Below, piece by piece: positions 6,383-8,325 of a DNA stretch of 8,325 nucleotides. The translations under genes and the position numbers were made by a program. The stretch spans positions 1 to 8,325 of the forward strand of contig JALVPN010000220.1 of assembly GCA_027031765.1 (NCBI GenBank), in the 5' to 3' direction. The DNA is from Promethearchaeota archaeon (lineage in GTDB: Archaea > Asgardarchaeota > Thorarchaeia > Thorarchaeales > Thorarchaeaceae). The notes under the pieces were generated by a model. That model was not told where the DNA came from and did not search any database. It was given only the letters and a program-made list of their open reading frames with translations. Every line of letters begins with the position of its first letter. The stretch's first letter is position 1.

Positions 6383-7885
6383 CTACCACACCCACATCCC
6401 GAAGAGCTGGAAGACGACGGCCTGAGCGAAGACTATGGCCAGCAACAAGCGACTCTCTCTGCGGCTCATGTCTGTCCTCATGATGTATGTGAGCACCGGG
6501 ACGAGGAGGAATGGTAGGACGAACATGCAGATCCTTGCGGTCTCCCCTTTTTTCGGCGTCCCGGCCAAGAACAAGAGTGCAAGGGAGAGGAGTGCAGCCT
6601 TGACCAAGCTGTACTCTGTTGGAAACTGCCCACCCGTGACCGCCTCCCCCCTCATCGTCACGAGCCCCCGGTATGTGAGGACGCACATTGCAGGGCCCAG
6701 GAAGACCAAGATGTCCATGACATCCTGTACGCGCGTCACGACGTATTCGACTGGACTCGCCACGAGCATGAACCCACCCGGGTTCTCAAGGGAGCTCGCG
6801 TAGAGGAATGCATCGACGTAGTTGAAACCGGTTGTCACGAACAGCAGCAGGTAGACCCCGCCGACACTGGCTGTGACGAGGAGAGGAAAGCCCATGGGAC
6901 GCAAGACGCTGGCCATCCGGGCGAGCAGGCTGTTGTTGTCGGCCCCGGCAAGTGCCCTGAGCCCCTCGAAGGTGAAGAGCAACAGCACTGCAAAGACAGA
7001 CAGGAACGTAATGAATGTCAGCAGGAATAGACAGACCGAAGAACCCAGAAATGCGACACGCCGGTCTTCGTAGAGGTAGAAGTACACGACGCCCGACACC
7101 AGTGTCGCCACTACTGCATAGACGTTCGCAAGATAGTACACCTGGACTGCTGGGAGGAGCAGGTAGAGGAGCACGGCATATGCTGCTGTTTCCTCGTCCA
7201 CGCCAAGGAGTCTCACGAGTATGCCCCTGATGAAGAACGCCGAGCCGATGGCTGCGAGCACACAGATGGCAATGGCCACTGCGCCCGGTGACCCTACCAG
7301 CCGATAGAGCACGTATACCAAGAGGACTGCTCCAGGTGGCTGGGTCTGCGCATGCACTGTGAGTGTCGGTTGCAGCTCCTCATAGTTGCTGATGAAGTCG
7401 ACTATGCTCACAACTCTGGGCAGATCAGTAAAGAGCTCCAAGGGCCCTGCAATAGGCTGCACTATGCCGGCGTCCCAGCCATGGACCAGACTGGTGGCAA
7501 TGATGGACAGGGTGCCGACCACGGCCGCCTGCCAGACACTGAGATGTGCACCTTCCCGTCTGTTGAGGTGTCCCAAGCAGACTGCTGCAATGACTGCAAT
7601 TGGCACAGCGACCATCAGCTCTCGGACACCCGGCAACACCAGCTGACCCCACAGAGGCCAGCTGTCGAACCTGCCATACGTGCATGTCCCATCCCGTGGT
7701 GGCGGACCGGGCGGTGGGGGACCACCAAGGTACCCTCTCGCAGATGCGGGGCCCAGTAAGAGGCGATATGCAACGACCACTACGATGATGCCGAGGAGCA
7801 CTGCGGTGTAGGCCCTGAGGTTCTCTCTACTGAGGAGGACTCGATGTCCTGCGCCACCAGCAGCCCGTGATGTGATGCCCGTCAT
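6383..7885 (-). CDS. Polytopic membrane protein, GT-C-fold glycosyltransferase-like (mannosyltransferase-like), 500 aa
   Basis: It has more than 10 hydrophobic segments. The loop GWDAGIVQPIAGPLELFTDLPRV...FISNYEELQPTLTVHAQTQPPG resembles the GW..G...EY...HxxxHPPG loop, and KKGETARICMFVLPF resembles the KxExxRIWLPF motif, of uncharacterised GT-C membrane proteins. Confidence 0.7.
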   Translation of the reverse strand: MTGITSRAAGGAGHRVLLSRENLRAYTAVLLGIIVVVVAYRLLLGPASARGYLGGPPPPGPPPRDGTCTYGRFDSWPLWGQLVLPGVRELMVAVPIAVIAAVCLGHLNRREGAHLSVWQAAVVGTLSIIATSLVHGWDAGIVQPIAGPLELFTDLPRVVSIVDFISNYEELQPTLTVHAQTQPPGAVLLVYVLYRLVGSPGAVAIAICVLAAIGSAFFIRGILVRLLGVDEETAAYAVLLYLLLPAVQVYYLANVYAVVATLVSGVVYFYLYEDRRVAFLGSSVCLFLLTFITFLSVFAVLLLFTFEGLRALAGADNNSLLARMASVLRPMGFPLLVTASVGGVYLLLFVTTGFNYVDAFLYASSLENPGGFMLVASPVEYVVTRVQDVMDILVFLGPAMCVLTYRGLVTMRGEAVTGGQFPTEYSLVKAALLSLALLFLAGTPKKGETARICMFVLPFLLVPVLTYIMRTDMSRRESRLLLAIVFAQAVVFQLFGMWVW

Positions 7886-7907
7886 GGCAGGTCAGTCAGC
7901 TGTGCGA

Positions 7908-7925
7908 CAGTATATGCACTTTTGC
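7908..7925 (-). promoter_or_regulatory. Putative archaeal BRE-TATA promoter for the GT-C gene (probably leaderless)
   Basis: The minus strand reads GCAAAAG-TGCATATA-CTG. The AT-rich box is centred about 28 nt upstream of ATG 7885 and preceded by a purine run. There is no SD before the ATG. Confidence 0.45.
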
Positions 7926-7981
7926 CGGACTCCGTCCTGTTCTGGCCCAGTTCTGACCCAGATCTGACCCAAATCCGCTGG

Positions 7982-8323
7982 TCAGTCAAGACTGATGTAC
8001 AGGAACGCAACAAGTGCTACGCCAGCGAAGATGTCGGGGATCAGGACAAATGGTCCAAGCCCCTGGGCGCGGAAGCCAAACAGCAGGTGCAGGAGAGGGT
8101 TTGAGGCCACGGCGTACAGCAGCAGAGCGGCCACGATGAGGACGAGCCCGAGTGTGAAGCGCGTGTGGAGAGTCCTATAGATGTCCACGTACACGACAGT
8201 CAGTGCCATGGCAACGATGGCATTGAAGAACGAGAGGAACGCCTTGACTTCCAAGAGCAGCGCCATTGTCGCAGGGTCGGCCAGTGGTGGCGGGGGCTGT
8301 GCTTCGGGCGGCGGGAGGGCAAT
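7982..8323 (-). CDS. Small archaeal multi-pass membrane protein of unknown function, 5'-truncated by the window edge
   Basis: The frame stays open upstream of ATG 8266 to the window end (IALPPPEAQPPPPLADPAT-MALLLEVKAF...). It has three hydrophobic helices and the motifs IYRTLHTRFTLGL, SNPLL and FGFRAQGLGPF..IPDIF, recalled from a family of small archaeal membrane proteins whose members carry a Pro-rich segment at this position. Confidence 0.75.
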   Translation of the reverse strand: MALPPPEAQPPPPLADPATMALLLEVKAFLSFFNAIVAMALTVVYVDIYRTLHTRFTLGLVLIVAALLLYAVASNPLLHLLFGFRAQGLGPFVLIPDIFAGVALVAFLYISLD

Positions 8324-8325
8324 GA

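Overview
This GC-rich window (about 60% GC) is probably archaeal. The protein styles suggest an Asgard/Thorarchaeia- or Bathyarchaeia-like host, which is inference only. It has four complete intact genes: a 433-aa HEAT/PC-repeat solenoid protein (+), an 866-aa C-terminally anchored surface glycoprotein with an unusual internal Lys-rich amphipathic helical block (-), a 42-aa four-Cys putative Fe-S miniprotein resembling glycyl-radical-enzyme small subunits (+), and a 500-aa GT-C-fold glycosyltransferase-like membrane protein (-). A small archaeal membrane protein (-) runs off the right edge. Between about 5110 and 5840 lies a decay patch with a GNAT acetyltransferase split over three reading frames and a possible convergent remnant gene. 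The first ~155 nt are AT-rich (about 37% GC). They encode the C-terminal half of a RelE/ParE toxin followed by what looks like the start of an integron attC site, joined in frame to an unrelated N-terminus, so this is either a real integron-cassette scar or an assembly chimera. No rRNA, tRNA, CRISPR array or transposase was recognised. All family calls come from motif recognition by eye, with no database search.
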